A stretch of DNA of 64,000 bases. Origin: an uncultured Chloroflexia bacterium. Lineage in GTDB: Bacteria > Chloroflexota > Limnocylindria > Limnocylindrales > CSP1-4. Within the stretch, counting starts at the first letter, position 1; each line of letters opens with the position of its first letter. Shown piece by piece: positions 29,635 through 39,994 of the stretch. A program made the translations under genes and the position numbers. A model generated the notes under the pieces. It ran no database searches. It had not been told where the DNA came from and saw only the letters and a program-made list of their open reading frames with translations. Where the stretch lies: assembly GCA_963794525.1 (NCBI GenBank), contig CAWCEC010000003.1, positions 188,090 through 252,089 on the forward strand, given 5' to 3'.

Positions 29635-30939
29635 TCAGCGCTGCAGCCGACCGATCTCCCGGCGGCGCTTGCCGAGTTTCACGTCCAGCCACTCCCCGGC
29701 GATCGGCTCCGGGACGAACGCCGGGTCAGTCACCCGCGAACCGTTGACCGTAACGCCCCCACCGGCGATCAGCCGGCGAGCCTCGCCACGCGACGGAACG
29801 AGCCCGGCCTCGGCCAGCAGGACGGCGACGCCCGCACCGAGCTGCGTCGCATCGAATCGGAACCCGCCCGTCGACTCGAACAGTGAACGAAGGACTGCCG
29901 GGTCCGCGACGGGCGCGCGGGAGAACAGCGCCTCGCTGTCGGTCTCGGCCTGGGCGGCAGCCGCCTCACCGTGCGTACGGGCCGTGATGTCGCGCGCCAA
30001 CGCTCGCTGCGCACCCCGTCCTTCGGGCCGGGCCGCCGACTCCGCCTCGAGCGCCTCGATCCGCTCTCGCTCCAGCTCCGTGAACCACCGCAGGTACGTG
30101 CCGACATCCCGATCGTCGGTGTTGAGCCAGTACTGGTAGAACGCGAACGGCGTCGTTCGCCCCGCGTCGAGCCAGACGGACTCGCCCGTCTCGCTCTTGC
30201 CGAACTTCGTACCCGATGGCGACAGCAGCAGCTTGTACGCTAGCCCGTGCGCTGGCTGCTCGGGGATCTCCTCCCCCAGCCCGCTCGTGCGGCGGATGAG
30301 CTCGAGGCCTGCAGTGATGTTGCCCCACTGGTCCGCGCCGCCCATCTGGAGCTCGACACCCATCGTGCGGTGCAGGTGCCAGAAGTCGTACGCCTGCAGG
30401 AGCATGTAGCTGAACTCGGTGAACGACAGGCCGCGATCGAGCCTGACCTGGACGGATTCCTTGGCGAGCATGTACGGCACCGTGAAGTGCTTGCCGGTGT
30501 CCCGCAAGAAGTCGATCAGCGACAGCTCACCCAGCCAGTCGAGGTTGTTGACCATCGCGGCCCCGCCCGATCCGGGCGTGAAATCGAGGAACCGCTCGAG
30601 CTGACCGCGGATACCGGCGAGGTTCCGCTCCAACGTCGGCGCATCGAGCAGGGTGCGCTCCGCAGACCGCCCCGACGGATCGCCGATCATCCCGGTCCCG
30701 CCACCGACCACCGCGATCGGGCGCCCGCCGGCGCGTTGCAGCCGGAGCAGCCCGAAGATCGGCACCAGGTGGCCGACGTGCAGCGATTCGGCGCTCGGAT
30801 CAAACCCGATGTAGCCCGAGATGGGCCGCCCGGTCGTCAGACGCGCCGCCAGACCGGGGGTCGCCGCATGGAGGATCCCCCGCCATTCGAGCTCCGCCAG
30901 CAGGTCCGTGCCGGCTCCCGCGGAGGGTGTGGCCGTCAC
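29635..30939 (-). CDS. tyrS: tyrosine--tRNA ligase
   Basis: HIGH motif LHVGHL, KMSKS motif KFGKS, and a C-terminal S4 domain (SRGEARRLIAGGGVTVNG). Confidence 0.95.
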   Translation of the reverse strand: MTATPSAGAGTDLLAELEWRGILHAATPGLAARLTTGRPISGYIGFDPSAESLHVGHLVPIFGLLRLQRAGGRPIAVVGGGTGMIGDPSGRSAERTLLDAPTLERNLAGIRGQLERFLDFTPGSGGAAMVNNLDWLGELSLIDFLRDTGKHFTVPYMLAKESVQVRLDRGLSFTEFSYMLLQAYDFWHLHRTMGVELQMGGADQWGNITAGLELIRRTSGLGEEIPEQPAHGLAYKLLLSPSGTKFGKSETGESVWLDAGRTTPFAFYQYWLNTDDRDVGTYLRWFTELERERIEALEAESAARPEGRGAQRALARDITARTHGEAAAAQAETDSEALFSRAPVADPAVLRSLFESTGGFRFDATQLGAGVAVLLAEAGLVPSRGEARRLIAGGGVTVNGSRVTDPAFVPEPIAGEWLDVKLGKRRREIGRLQR

Positions 30940-31022
30940 AGGGAGGTGCGTCGCGACGTCTGGAAGCGGACGGCCACCCGTGTACGGTCGTTCACGGACC
31001 CTATGCTATCGTGCGGGCTCAG

Positions 31023-33708
31023 ATGCAGACCACCCTCGCCAGGCGGCAGCGTCATCGACGCTCCATCAGCCGCCGGCCGACTGGGCGTGGCGGATCCGTC
31101 ATCCGCCGCATCCTCATCGCCATCCCGATCATCGTCCTGCTGGTCGCGGGCCTTCTGGGCGCCGCGGGGACGCTGTTCACGGTCGCCGCGTACAACTTCT
31201 ACGCGCAGGGCCTGCCCGACCCCGAGAACACCCTCAAGGGCCTCAGGTTCGAGCAGCAGACGATCGTGTACGACCGCACCGGCAAGGTGGAGCTGGCACG
31301 GCTGGGCACACTCCGGCGCGAGGTCGTCACGTTCGCCGGCATCCCCGACGAGACGCTCGATGCGACCACGGCCATCGAGGACCAGTTCTTCTGGACGAAC
31401 CCCGGCTTCGACCCGTCGGCCATCATCGCCGCCGGCCTCGACACGTTGTCAGGGCGACCGCGCGGGGCCTCGACGATCACCCAGCAGCTCGTCCGCGCCC
31501 GGCTCCTCCCGCCGGAGGCCTTCGCCGACACGACCTACGAGCGCAAGATCCGCGAGATCATCCAGTCGATCCGGCTGACCGAGGCCTACCCGGGCGACAA
31601 GGGCAAGCAGGACATCATCACCGCCTACCTGAACCAGAACTTCTACGGCAACCACACGTACGGCGTGAAGGCGGCCGCGAAGGGCTATTTCGGCAAGGCG
31701 CTCGACGAGCTGACGCTGGCCGAGAACGCGATCCTGGCCGCGATCCCGCAGTCACCGACCAAGTTCGACCTCATGCGCAACGCCGAGGACGTCTGCCTCG
31801 ACGATCCGCCGCCGGACCCCGAATCGGACGAGGTGTGCAAGGAGTCGAGGCTCGAGGTCCCTGCGACGAGCGAGATCGTCCAGCGGCGCAACTACATCCT
31901 CGACCTGATGAAGACGCGGAGCCCGCTGAGCGGCGACCGCCACACCCGCGACGAGTACGACGAGGCGAAGCTCGAGCCGGTGATCATCAAGCCCCAGGTC
32001 GCGGCCTCATGGCGTGCTGCGCATTACGTATGGCAGGTCCGCGAGGCGCTGACGGACATCATCTGCCCGGACACGCCGGCCGACTGCGAGCAGGTCGACA
32101 CCGGCGGCTATCGCGTGACGACGACGCTCGACTGGACGATGCAGAAGTCCACCGAGAAATGGGTGTACGCCGCCGCCCGTGCCCCGAACTCGAAGGACCC
32201 ACGGGCGATCCTGCGCCAGCGCAAGATCCCGAGGGGCGACTGGGGATGGATCCTCAACCTGCGCGGTCGAAACATCCACAACGCGGCCGCGGCGGTCATG
32301 GATTACCGGACCGGCGAGGTGCTCGCCTACGTCGGCAGCGCGAGCTACACCGGCAAGGGCAACAAGAAGTTCCAGCCGCAGTTCGACGTCCTGTCGGATG
32401 GCTGGCGCCAGCCGGGTTCGTCGATCAAGCCGATCGACTACGCCATCGGCATCGATGACGAAACGATCACCGCCAGCACGATGTTGATGGACGTCGTGAC
32501 CGATTTCGGGCGTGGTTTCACCCCCACCCAGGCGGACAAGATGGAGCGCGGTCCGGTGCGCGTCCGCAGTGCGCTCCAGTTCTCACTCAACATCCCCGCG
32601 ATCAAGGCCACGATCATGCAGGGCCTCGAGCATACGTACGAGCGCAGCCAGGACTTCGGCCTGGTCTTCCCACCCACGGCCATCCCGGTCGTGTCGATGG
32701 GCATCGGAACGCTCGAAACGCACCCGATCGACATGCTGTCCGCCTACTCGGCGATCGCCAACGGGGGCGTGCGGATGCCACGCCAGCTGATCACGAAGGT
32801 GGTCGACGAGAACGGTCGTCAGGTCTGGCCGGTCGGTAGCGGCAAGTCCGAAGGCGCCGAGGTCATCAGCCCGCAGGCGGCCTACATCATCACGGACATC
32901 CTCGCCGGCAACACCGTCCCCAAGATCAACCCGTATTGGGGCGAGTTCGCGATCTACAAGGGTGGCAAGCGCCGTCCAGCCGCCTACAAGACGGGTACGA
33001 CCAACGACAACCGCGACGTGCACGCCTACGGCTACCTTGCACCGCCAGCGAGCAAGAAGGTCCCGGCGCTGGCTGTCGGCGTGTGGATGGGCAACAGCAA
33101 CAACGCCCCGAACCGCGGCAGCCTGTCGCTCGACTCATCGGCGCCGCTGTGGTCGGCCATCCTCCAGGAGGTCAGCGCCAAGCAGCCGATCGCCAACTTC
33201 AAGGCACCCAGCGGCCTGCAAACGGCGACGGTCGACGCCTTCACCGGTCTCAGGCCCGGTCCGTACACGCGCAAGACGGTCAAGGAGCTGTTCATCAAGG
33301 GCACCGTCCCGCGCGAGCGCGAGACGATCCGGGTCGCGCTGCACATCGATGCGGCCTCGGGGCTGCCGTGGCGGACGGGTTGTGTCGGCCCGCGCGTGAC
33401 ACGCGGCTTCTTCAACCTCAACGAGGTCGAGAGCAACTTCCCGAATTGGCAGAAGGCGAACCGCAACTGGGCGGCGCGCGCGGCTCAAGGGTCCCGGTCG
33501 CCGCGGCGGCCCGGAAGGCACCCGCACGTCGTACTTCTACAACAACTCGTTCGCACCGTACGGCCGATCGTGGGGTGCACCGTTCGCGCCGACGGGGAAG
33601 TGCCCGTTCGCCCCGGTCGAGACGCCGCCACCGAGCTGCGACCCGCTCATGCCGGAGACCTGTCTGCCGCCGGACCCGTCGAAGGGCAAGCCACCGAAAC
33701 CGCCCTGA
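31023..33708 (+). CDS. class A penicillin-binding protein (transglycosylase/transpeptidase, PBP1A-like), one frameshift near the 3-prime end as given
   Basis: Start at ATG 31023 (MQTTLARR...), followed by a TM anchor. The GT51 motifs are AIEDQFFWTNPGFD, RGASTITQQLV and KIREI. The transpeptidase motifs are SSIK, SLN and KTGTT. After ...NWAARAAQG the listed ORF turns Arg-rich and runs antisense over mutS2. My own +1 frame translation gives GPGRRGGPEGTRTSYFYNNSFAPYGRSWGAPFAPTGKCPF...KGKPPKPP stop at 33706-33708. Confidence 0.85.
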
Positions 33709-33730
33709 TCGACGGCTCGTGGCGCGGCCG

Positions 33731-36085
33731 TCAGAGGCTGACGACCGTGGCCCCGTCCCCACCCTCGCCGCGCTCACCGGGGCGCGCAGAGCGAACGAGC
33801 GGATGGTCTGACGCGGCGGTGCGTACGGCATCGCGCAACGCGCCGGTGCCCAGCCCGTGGATGATCGTCACCGAACCGAGCCCGGCGACGGCCGCGTCGT
33901 CGAGATAGCGATCGAGCGCGTCGAGGGCCTCTTCGACGCGGGCCCCGCGCAGGTCGAGCGACGACGCAACGCTTCGCGCCCGCTCCAGTCGCAGCGTGGC
34001 CGCGTTCGAGCCGCCCGAGCCGCCAGCGCGACCGGCAGCCGCGCCGGCCGGGGGGCCGATCGCCGGGACCAGATCGTCGACCTCGACCGTCACCCGTAGA
34101 CCGCCGGCTTCGAGCGTGCCCCGCCGGCCACCCTTCTCGAGCGCGGCGATGCGGCCCTCCCAGCCGCCGGACCGGCTGCGGGCCCGGTCGCCGACCTTCC
34201 ACGTGTTTGGCACTAAAGGCTCGGGCGCCGCGGCAGCCGGCTCAGGCGGCGGGAGGCGCTCGGCGATTCCCTCCGCCCGTGCCACCGCGGCATCGAGCGA
34301 CGCAGCAGTGACGGTCTCGCGCTCGAGCGCGCGACGCGTGGACGCCAGCTCGGCGCGGAGGTCGGCGACGACCCGATCCGCCTCCTCGCGCGCGGTCCGA
34401 ACGTGCTCGTCGCGCTCGCGCCGGGCGCGGCGGCGCTCGTCCTCGGCGGTCCGCAGGGCGTCCGCAGCTCGCACTTCCGCAGCGCGGGCCCGCTCGAGGG
34501 CCTCGCTGGTCTCGCCCTCGGTCGCACGGATCGACGCCAGGGTCGCCTCGAACGAGCGCTGGGCTTCAGTCAGGCGCGACCGGGCGTCCGCGACGATGGC
34601 CTCGGGCAAGCCGAGCCGCTCGGCGATGGCGAACGCCTGGCTGCCGCCCGGCAACCCGATGGTCAGCTTGTACGTCGGCGACAGGGTGTCGAGGTCGAAC
34701 TCGACCGCGGCGTTCCGGGCCCCGGTCGTCGTGTGGGCATAGGCCTTGAGCTCGGCGTAATGGGTCGTCGCCGCCACGATCGCGCCGGCCCGGATGAAGT
34801 GATCCAGCAGCGCCTGGGCGAGCGCCGAACCTTCGGTCGGATCGGTGCCGGCGCCGAGCTCGTCGAGCAGGACCAGCGTGCCTTCCCGGGCCTCCGCGAC
34901 GATCGTCGTGATCCGCCGCAGGTGGCCGGAGAACGTCGAGAGCGACTGCGCGACCGACTGCTCGTCGCCGATGTCGGCGAACACGTCGCGCCAGACAGGC
35001 AGGCGGCTGCCGGCCTCGGCCGGGATGTGCAGCCCCGCCTGGTGCATGAGGCTGAGCAGCCCGAGCGTGCGGAGCGTGACGGTCTTGCCGCCGGTGTTCG
35101 GGCCTGTCACGACGAGCGCGGTGTAGCCATCGCCGATGCGGACGTCGATCGGCACGACGCGTCCGATCAGCCCGGGGTGGCGCGCGGAGAGGAGCACGAC
35201 CTCGTAGCGGTCGGCGGTCTCGGCGCGGGTGGCATCCATCTCGGCGGCGAGCGACGCCTTGGCCGCCCACAGGTCGAACCGCGCCAGTGCATCGAGCGTC
35301 TCACGCAGCGGCGTCGCACTGGCCGCGATGAGCGCCGACAGCTCGTCGAGGATGCGCGCGATCTCCTCCCGTTCGGCGACCTGCGCCTCGCGCCACGTGT
35401 TGCCGAGCTCGACCGCAACGAGCGGTTCGACGAAGAGCGTCTGGCCGCTGCCCGAAGCGTCGTGGACGATGCCCTTGACGCGCGAGCGCGCCTCGGCCTT
35501 GACCGGCACGACGTAGCGGCCGTTGCGGAGCGTCACGATCGGCTCCTGGAGGGCGTTGCCGAGCTCCGCCCCGACGAGCGCGTCCAGGCGCCGCCGCAGT
35601 CGGTCGTAGGCGACCCGGACCGCCGCCCGCAGCCCGCCCAGCCGCGGCGACGCCGTGTCGAGCAGCTCCCCGACCGGGTCGAAACTACGCGCCAGCGTGC
35701 TCCGGACAGCGGGCAGCGGGTGCAGCTCCCGGCCGAGGTCGCGCAGCAACGGCCGTCGCTCCTCGGTCAGTGACGTCGCCAGGCGGGCGGTCGCATCGAG
35801 CGTCTCGGCGATCGCCAGGAACTGCTCCGGATCGAGGCGCCCGCCGCGCACCGCGCGCTCGATCGACGGCCCGATGTCATGGGCCGCGCCGATCCCGATG
35901 CCCGGCCGATCGGAGAGCAGCGCGCGTGTCTGATCGGTCTCGTCGAGCGAGCGGGCCACGACGACCGGGTCGGCCGACGGCTCGAGCGCATCGGCCAGCC
36001 GTCGCGACGGCGGGAAGGCGGTCGCCTCCGCCAGCCGCTCCCTGACGAGCGGGAACTCCAGTAGCGCCTGCGAGCGCGCGTCCAT
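33731..36085 (-). CDS. mutS2: endonuclease MutS2
   Basis: Start at ATG 36085 (MDARSQALLEFP...). Walker A is GPNTGGKTVTLR. The C-terminal Smr domain includes LDLRGARVEEALDALDRYLD...IIHGLGTGALR. Confidence 0.9.
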   Translation of the reverse strand: MDARSQALLEFPLVRERLAEATAFPPSRRLADALEPSADPVVVARSLDETDQTRALLSDRPGIGIGAAHDIGPSIERAVRGGRLDPEQFLAIAETLDATARLATSLTEERRPLLRDLGRELHPLPAVRSTLARSFDPVGELLDTASPRLGGLRAAVRVAYDRLRRRLDALVGAELGNALQEPIVTLRNGRYVVPVKAEARSRVKGIVHDASGSGQTLFVEPLVAVELGNTWREAQVAEREEIARILDELSALIAASATPLRETLDALARFDLWAAKASLAAEMDATRAETADRYEVVLLSARHPGLIGRVVPIDVRIGDGYTALVVTGPNTGGKTVTLRTLGLLSLMHQAGLHIPAEAGSRLPVWRDVFADIGDEQSVAQSLSTFSGHLRRITTIVAEAREGTLVLLDELGAGTDPTEGSALAQALLDHFIRAGAIVAATTHYAELKAYAHTTTGARNAAVEFDLDTLSPTYKLTIGLPGGSQAFAIAERLGLPEAIVADARSRLTEAQRSFEATLASIRATEGETSEALERARAAEVRAADALRTAEDERRRARRERDEHVRTAREEADRVVADLRAELASTRRALERETVTAASLDAAVARAEGIAERLPPPEPAAAAPEPLVPNTWKVGDRARSRSGGWEGRIAALEKGGRRGTLEAGGLRVTVEVDDLVPAIGPPAGAAAGRAGGSGGSNAATLRLERARSVASSLDLRGARVEEALDALDRYLDDAAVAGLGSVTIIHGLGTGALRDAVRTAASDHPLVRSARPGERGEGGDGATVVSL

Positions 36086-36096
36086 CCGGAGCCCGC

Positions 36097-36786
36097 CTAG
36101 CGGGCGCGCGGCCCGGACACGGACGGGTGACCGGCGATCGTGAACCGCCACGGCCGACTGGACCATTCGGGACCGGCGTACGCGACACCGACCCTGGTGC
36201 TGGCGCGGACGAGGTCGTCCGGCAGCACGTCGGCCGGGTCGGCCGGGTCGCGCTCGAGGCGCAAGGGCGAAGTCGGGTCGCACAGGTCCGTGCCGGTCCA
36301 CGTCGTGTCGACCCCGAACGCGGCCGCAACCAGACCCGGTCCGCTCGCGAGACGATGGTCCGGCGTGCGCGCCAGGCGCTCCTTCGCAGTCGCGAGACCC
36401 TCTGGCGTTCGGCCCACCCGTCTGCGGGCCTCGACCGCGAGCTTTGCGTCGCGCATCTGGTCAGTCCCGGCCAGCGGCTCCACGGCACGGACGAGCACGG
36501 CCGACGGCGCGCCCTCCTCCCCCGTCACCACGTTGAGGCAGTCGTACATCCCGTAGACAAGGTACACGTAGGCGACGCCCGCGGGGCCGGCCATGACCCG
36601 GTTGCGCCGGTTGCTCTCGAACCGCGCGTGCGAGGCGCGGTCGTCGGGGCCGCCGTAGGCCTCGACCTCGACGATCCGCCCTTCTCGTCGACCCCCAGCC
36701 TCCTCGCGGACCAGCCGAGCGCCGAGCAGCGACCGGGCGACCTCCGCGGTCGCGCCGGTCAGCGTCAGTCGATCGAGGACGCTCAG
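36097..36786 (-). CDS. mpg: DNA-3-methyladenine glycosylase (Mpg/AAG family); no canonical start codon for the conserved N-terminus
   Basis: Listed ORF 36097..36594 starts at an internal Met (VMAGPAGVAYVYLVYGMYDCLNVV). The same frame is open upstream and encodes family-typical LTLTGATAEVARSLLGARLV...GRIVEVEAYGGPDDRASHARF. There is no ATG, GTG or TTG upstream. CTG at 36786 overlaps the cvpA stop (CTGA). Confidence 0.75.
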   Translation of the reverse strand: MSVLDRLTLTGATAEVARSLLGARLVREEAGGRREGRIVEVEAYGGPDDRASHARFESNRRNRVMAGPAGVAYVYLVYGMYDCLNVVTGEEGAPSAVLVRAVEPLAGTDQMRDAKLAVEARRRVGRTPEGLATAKERLARTPDHRLASGPGLVAAAFGVDTTWTGTDLCDPTSPLRLERDPADPADVLPDDLVRASTRVGVAYAGPEWSSRPWRFTIAGHPSVSGPRAR

Positions 36787-37376
36787 GAAGGCGAGCTCGG
36801 GTAGAGCGCCTTGATCGAGTTTGGGATGAACAGCCCGACCACGATGAAGAACGCCGGGATCAGCGTCGTTCGGAACACGGCGACGATGCCCGAGTCATTG
36901 AGCAGGCCGAACAGGTCGCGCAGGAACTGCAGCTCGTTCGGGCCTTGCCGGACACCGGTCAGCGTGTAGTAGGTGTCGAGGATGATGACGATGGCCCCCA
37001 GGATGATGGCCGCCTGCAGCAGGCCCAGCAGGCCGCCCAGGATCTCATCCGCGAAGCGCGCCCGTTCGAACAGCGGCTGTGACTTGTAGAACCCCTGGAC
37101 GACGATCGCGAAGGCCAGGGCGGCGGCCACGAAGACCGTCATGAACCCGACCATCTGGCTGTATTCCGGCGATTGGTCTGTCCAGTTGGCGGCGAGGAAG
37201 TCGCCCAACGGCTCCGCGACGTTCGCCGCGAACAGGAACGAGAACAGGATCGATGCGATACCGATCAGGCGGCGGATCGTGCCCTGCGCGAAACCCAGCA
37301 CGAAGAACGCCATGAAATAGAGGACAAGCAGCAGATCGACGGTCTTGACGCCGCCGAGGAATTCCCCGAGATCCAC
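36783..37376 (-). CDS. cvpA: CvpA family membrane protein
   Basis: Start taken at GTG 37376 (VDLGEFLGGVKTVDLLLVLYFMAFFVLGFAQG), with AAGGAGG 4 nt upstream. It has four TM segments. The longer listed ORF (to 37973) overlaps pheT and is not credible. Confidence 0.8.
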   Translation of the reverse strand: MDLGEFLGGVKTVDLLLVLYFMAFFVLGFAQGTIRRLIGIASILFSFLFAANVAEPLGDFLAANWTDQSPEYSQMVGFMTVFVAAALAFAIVVQGFYKSQPLFERARFADEILGGLLGLLQAAIILGAIVIILDTYYTLTGVRQGPNELQFLRDLFGLLNDSGIVAVFRTTLIPAFFIVVGLFIPNSIKALYPSSPS

Positions 37377-37494
37377 CGAACCTCCTTGGGTGACGGTGCT
37401 GCACGGGCCGTCCGACCCGGAGCCGCGCAAGGGTAGCAGCGGCTCTTCGCGCGTCGCAACAGACCCGCCGCCCGCATGGACCGGTACTTTCGGG

Positions 37495-39981
37495 TCAGGT
37501 CCTGAGGCGACCTCCGACGTCCGCGGCGAGCCCGGTCGTGACCGCGCCGACCGCGGTATCGACCTCCGTCTCGACCAGCGTCCGGTCATCTGCCTGGAAG
37601 GCGAGCCGGTAGGCGAGGCTCTTTTCGTCGTCTGCCAGCGGCCGGCCTCGATAGATATCGAACAGGCGGATGGAGCGCAGGAGCTGCCCGCCATGCCGCC
37701 GGATGGCGGTTTCCACGTCTGCCGCAGGCACCGCCTCGGCGACGATGACGGCCAGATCGCGATCGACGGCGGGATACCGCGGCGGGGTCGTGGCGCGCGG
37801 CACGGTCGGCTGGCCGCCGGACAGCCCGGCGACCGCGAGCTCGGCGACGAGGATGCGCTCCGTCCGCACGTCGAGCTCCTGGACCAGGGCCGGATGCAGT
37901 TCACCGACCCGCCCGGCGAGGTCCGTCCCGGCTTGGACGCGCGCGGCACGACCGGGATGCAGTCGCGGGTCATCGGTCAGGGCGGCATAGGTCGGGATCG
38001 GCAGCCCCAGGCGGCGGGCGATCAGGTCGATGACGCCCTTGGCGTCGTCGAGGTCGTAGGACCGTGGCTGGCGGTTCCAGGCCGGCAGCTCGGCGGCACC
38101 GGTCAGCGCGATCCCGAGGCGCCACCATTCGTGCGTCGAATCGCCGTCCTCGGTGGCCCCATAGCCCTTGCCGACCTCGAAGATCGCGACGTCCGGTCGT
38201 CCCTGGCGTGCGTTCGTCGAGATGACCTCCAGGAGGCTGCCGATGAGGCTCTGACGCATGACCGAGTGCTGGCTCGACAACGGGTTGGTCACGCTGACGG
38301 GACGGCCGCCGGCCTCCCCTTCCCCCGGGACGGCGGCGTCCGCGATCGGGGGGAAGCGCTCGACCATCGCCGGGGAGACCAGCGCGAACGTCGCGGCCTC
38401 CGAAAGGCCGGCACCGACCAGTGCCTCGCGAACGGTGTCGCGCAGCCGAAGCGGGGAGTGCCGGTACGACGGCATCGGCGTGTCCGGCAGGATCCCCGGG
38501 ATCGTGTCGTAGCCCTCGACGCGCGCCACCTCCTCGGCGATGTCCGCCTCGATGAGGAGGTCGCGGCGCCAGGTCGGGATCGTGGCGATCAGCGTCTCGG
38601 CGGCGCCGGCCTCGACCTCGAGAGGCTGTGGGGCCGTGGCGACGAGGATGCGGGCGCCCGCCGGCGCCGGCTCGGTCGTCACGCTCACCCGCCCCAGCAC
38701 GCTGGCCTGCTCCTCCGCGGTCGTGGACGTGCCCAGCAGGCGGTTCACACGAGTGGGTCGGAAGGCGACGCGGGTCGGCGCGGGCTCGACGGGGTTGGTA
38801 TCGACCGCGCCGATGGCGACGTCGCCGCCCGCCCACTCGCGGACCAGCCGCGCGGTCCGGTCTGCGCCCAGCCGCGCCAGACGGTGCTCCTGTCCCTTTT
38901 CGAAGCGGAGGCTCGCCTCGGAGCGGAGGGCGTAGTGGAAGGCCGTGCGGCGGATGCTCACCGGATCGAAGATGGCCGACTCCACGACGACGTCGGTCGT
39001 GTCCTCCCCGATCGCCGAGGCCGCCCCGCCCATCACACCGGCGATGCCGATCGGGCCCCGTGGATCGGCGATCATCAGGGTGTCGGGGGTCAGCTCGCGA
39101 ACGACGTGGTCGAGCGTCTCCAGGCGCTCGCCCTCACGGGCGAGGCGGACGACGATCCGTCCGTCGTGCACAGCGGCCGCGTCGAATGTGTGGATGGGCT
39201 TGCCGAGCTCGAGCATCACGTAGTTGCTCACGTCGACGACATTGCTGACGGGTCGCTGGCCGGCGGCGATCAGCCGCATCTGGACGAGGTCCGGGGATGG
39301 CTTGACGGTGACGCCGCCGACCCACCGGCCGACGAAGCGGCTGCACAGCAACGGCTCCTCGACCTCGACCGCCAAGCGCTCATCGATGCGCGGGCCGGTC
39401 TCGACCGGGTCCGTCTCTGGGAAGCGGACCGGCGCACCGGTGACCGCCGATACCTCACGGGCGAGCCCGACCATGCTGAGCGCGTCTCCCCGATTCGGCT
39501 TGACGTCGACGTCGAGGACGACATCACCGTACAGATCCGTCAGGGCGGCACCGATCGGCGCGTCCCCCGGCAGGATGAGGATCCCGTCGGCGTCGGACGT
39601 CAGGTTCAGCTCGTCCCCGGAGCACAGCATCCCGTTGCTGACGACGCCCATCTTCTCGGACCGCTCGATGCGCCGGCCGCCAGGCAGGACGGCCCCGGGC
39701 AGGGCCACCGGGACGCGTTGGCCGGCCGCGATGTTCGTCGCGCCGCAGACGATCTCGAGGGCGGTCCCATCCCCGGTCGTGACGCGGGCCAGCGAGAGGC
39801 GGTCGGCGTTCGGATGCCGTTCGACGGCCAGCAGCTCGCCGACGACGACGTTCTCCCAGTCGGAGCCCCAGCGTTCGACGCTCTTGACCTCCATGCCAAG
39901 CAGCGTGAGCCGCTCGGCCAGCTGTTCCGGGGTCAGCTGGACGTCCACGTAGTCGCGCAGCCAGGAGAGCGGCACTCTCAC
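37495..39981 (-). CDS. pheT: phenylalanine--tRNA ligase beta subunit
   Basis: 828 aa. MRVPLSWLRDYV is followed by a tRNA-binding OB domain, B3/4 and B5 domains, and the FDX-ACB C-terminus. Confidence 0.95.
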   Translation of the reverse strand: MRVPLSWLRDYVDVQLTPEQLAERLTLLGMEVKSVERWGSDWENVVVGELLAVERHPNADRLSLARVTTGDGTALEIVCGATNIAAGQRVPVALPGAVLPGGRRIERSEKMGVVSNGMLCSGDELNLTSDADGILILPGDAPIGAALTDLYGDVVLDVDVKPNRGDALSMVGLAREVSAVTGAPVRFPETDPVETGPRIDERLAVEVEEPLLCSRFVGRWVGGVTVKPSPDLVQMRLIAAGQRPVSNVVDVSNYVMLELGKPIHTFDAAAVHDGRIVVRLAREGERLETLDHVVRELTPDTLMIADPRGPIGIAGVMGGAASAIGEDTTDVVVESAIFDPVSIRRTAFHYALRSEASLRFEKGQEHRLARLGADRTARLVREWAGGDVAIGAVDTNPVEPAPTRVAFRPTRVNRLLGTSTTAEEQASVLGRVSVTTEPAPAGARILVATAPQPLEVEAGAAETLIATIPTWRRDLLIEADIAEEVARVEGYDTIPGILPDTPMPSYRHSPLRLRDTVREALVGAGLSEAATFALVSPAMVERFPPIADAAVPGEGEAGGRPVSVTNPLSSQHSVMRQSLIGSLLEVISTNARQGRPDVAIFEVGKGYGATEDGDSTHEWWRLGIALTGAAELPAWNRQPRSYDLDDAKGVIDLIARRLGLPIPTYAALTDDPRLHPGRAARVQAGTDLAGRVGELHPALVQELDVRTERILVAELAVAGLSGGQPTVPRATTPPRYPAVDRDLAVIVAEAVPAADVETAIRRHGGQLLRSIRLFDIYRGRPLADDEKSLAYRLAFQADDRTLVETEVDTAVGAVTTGLAADVGGRLRT

Positions 39982-39994
39982 CGGACGTGCTCCC

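Noticed and set aside
37377-37973. N-terminal 200 aa of the listed 396-aa cvpA ORF
   Set aside because: It overlaps the pheT C-terminus in another frame and is Arg/Ser/Pro-rich. The GTG at 37376 with AAGGAGG gives a normal-length CvpA.
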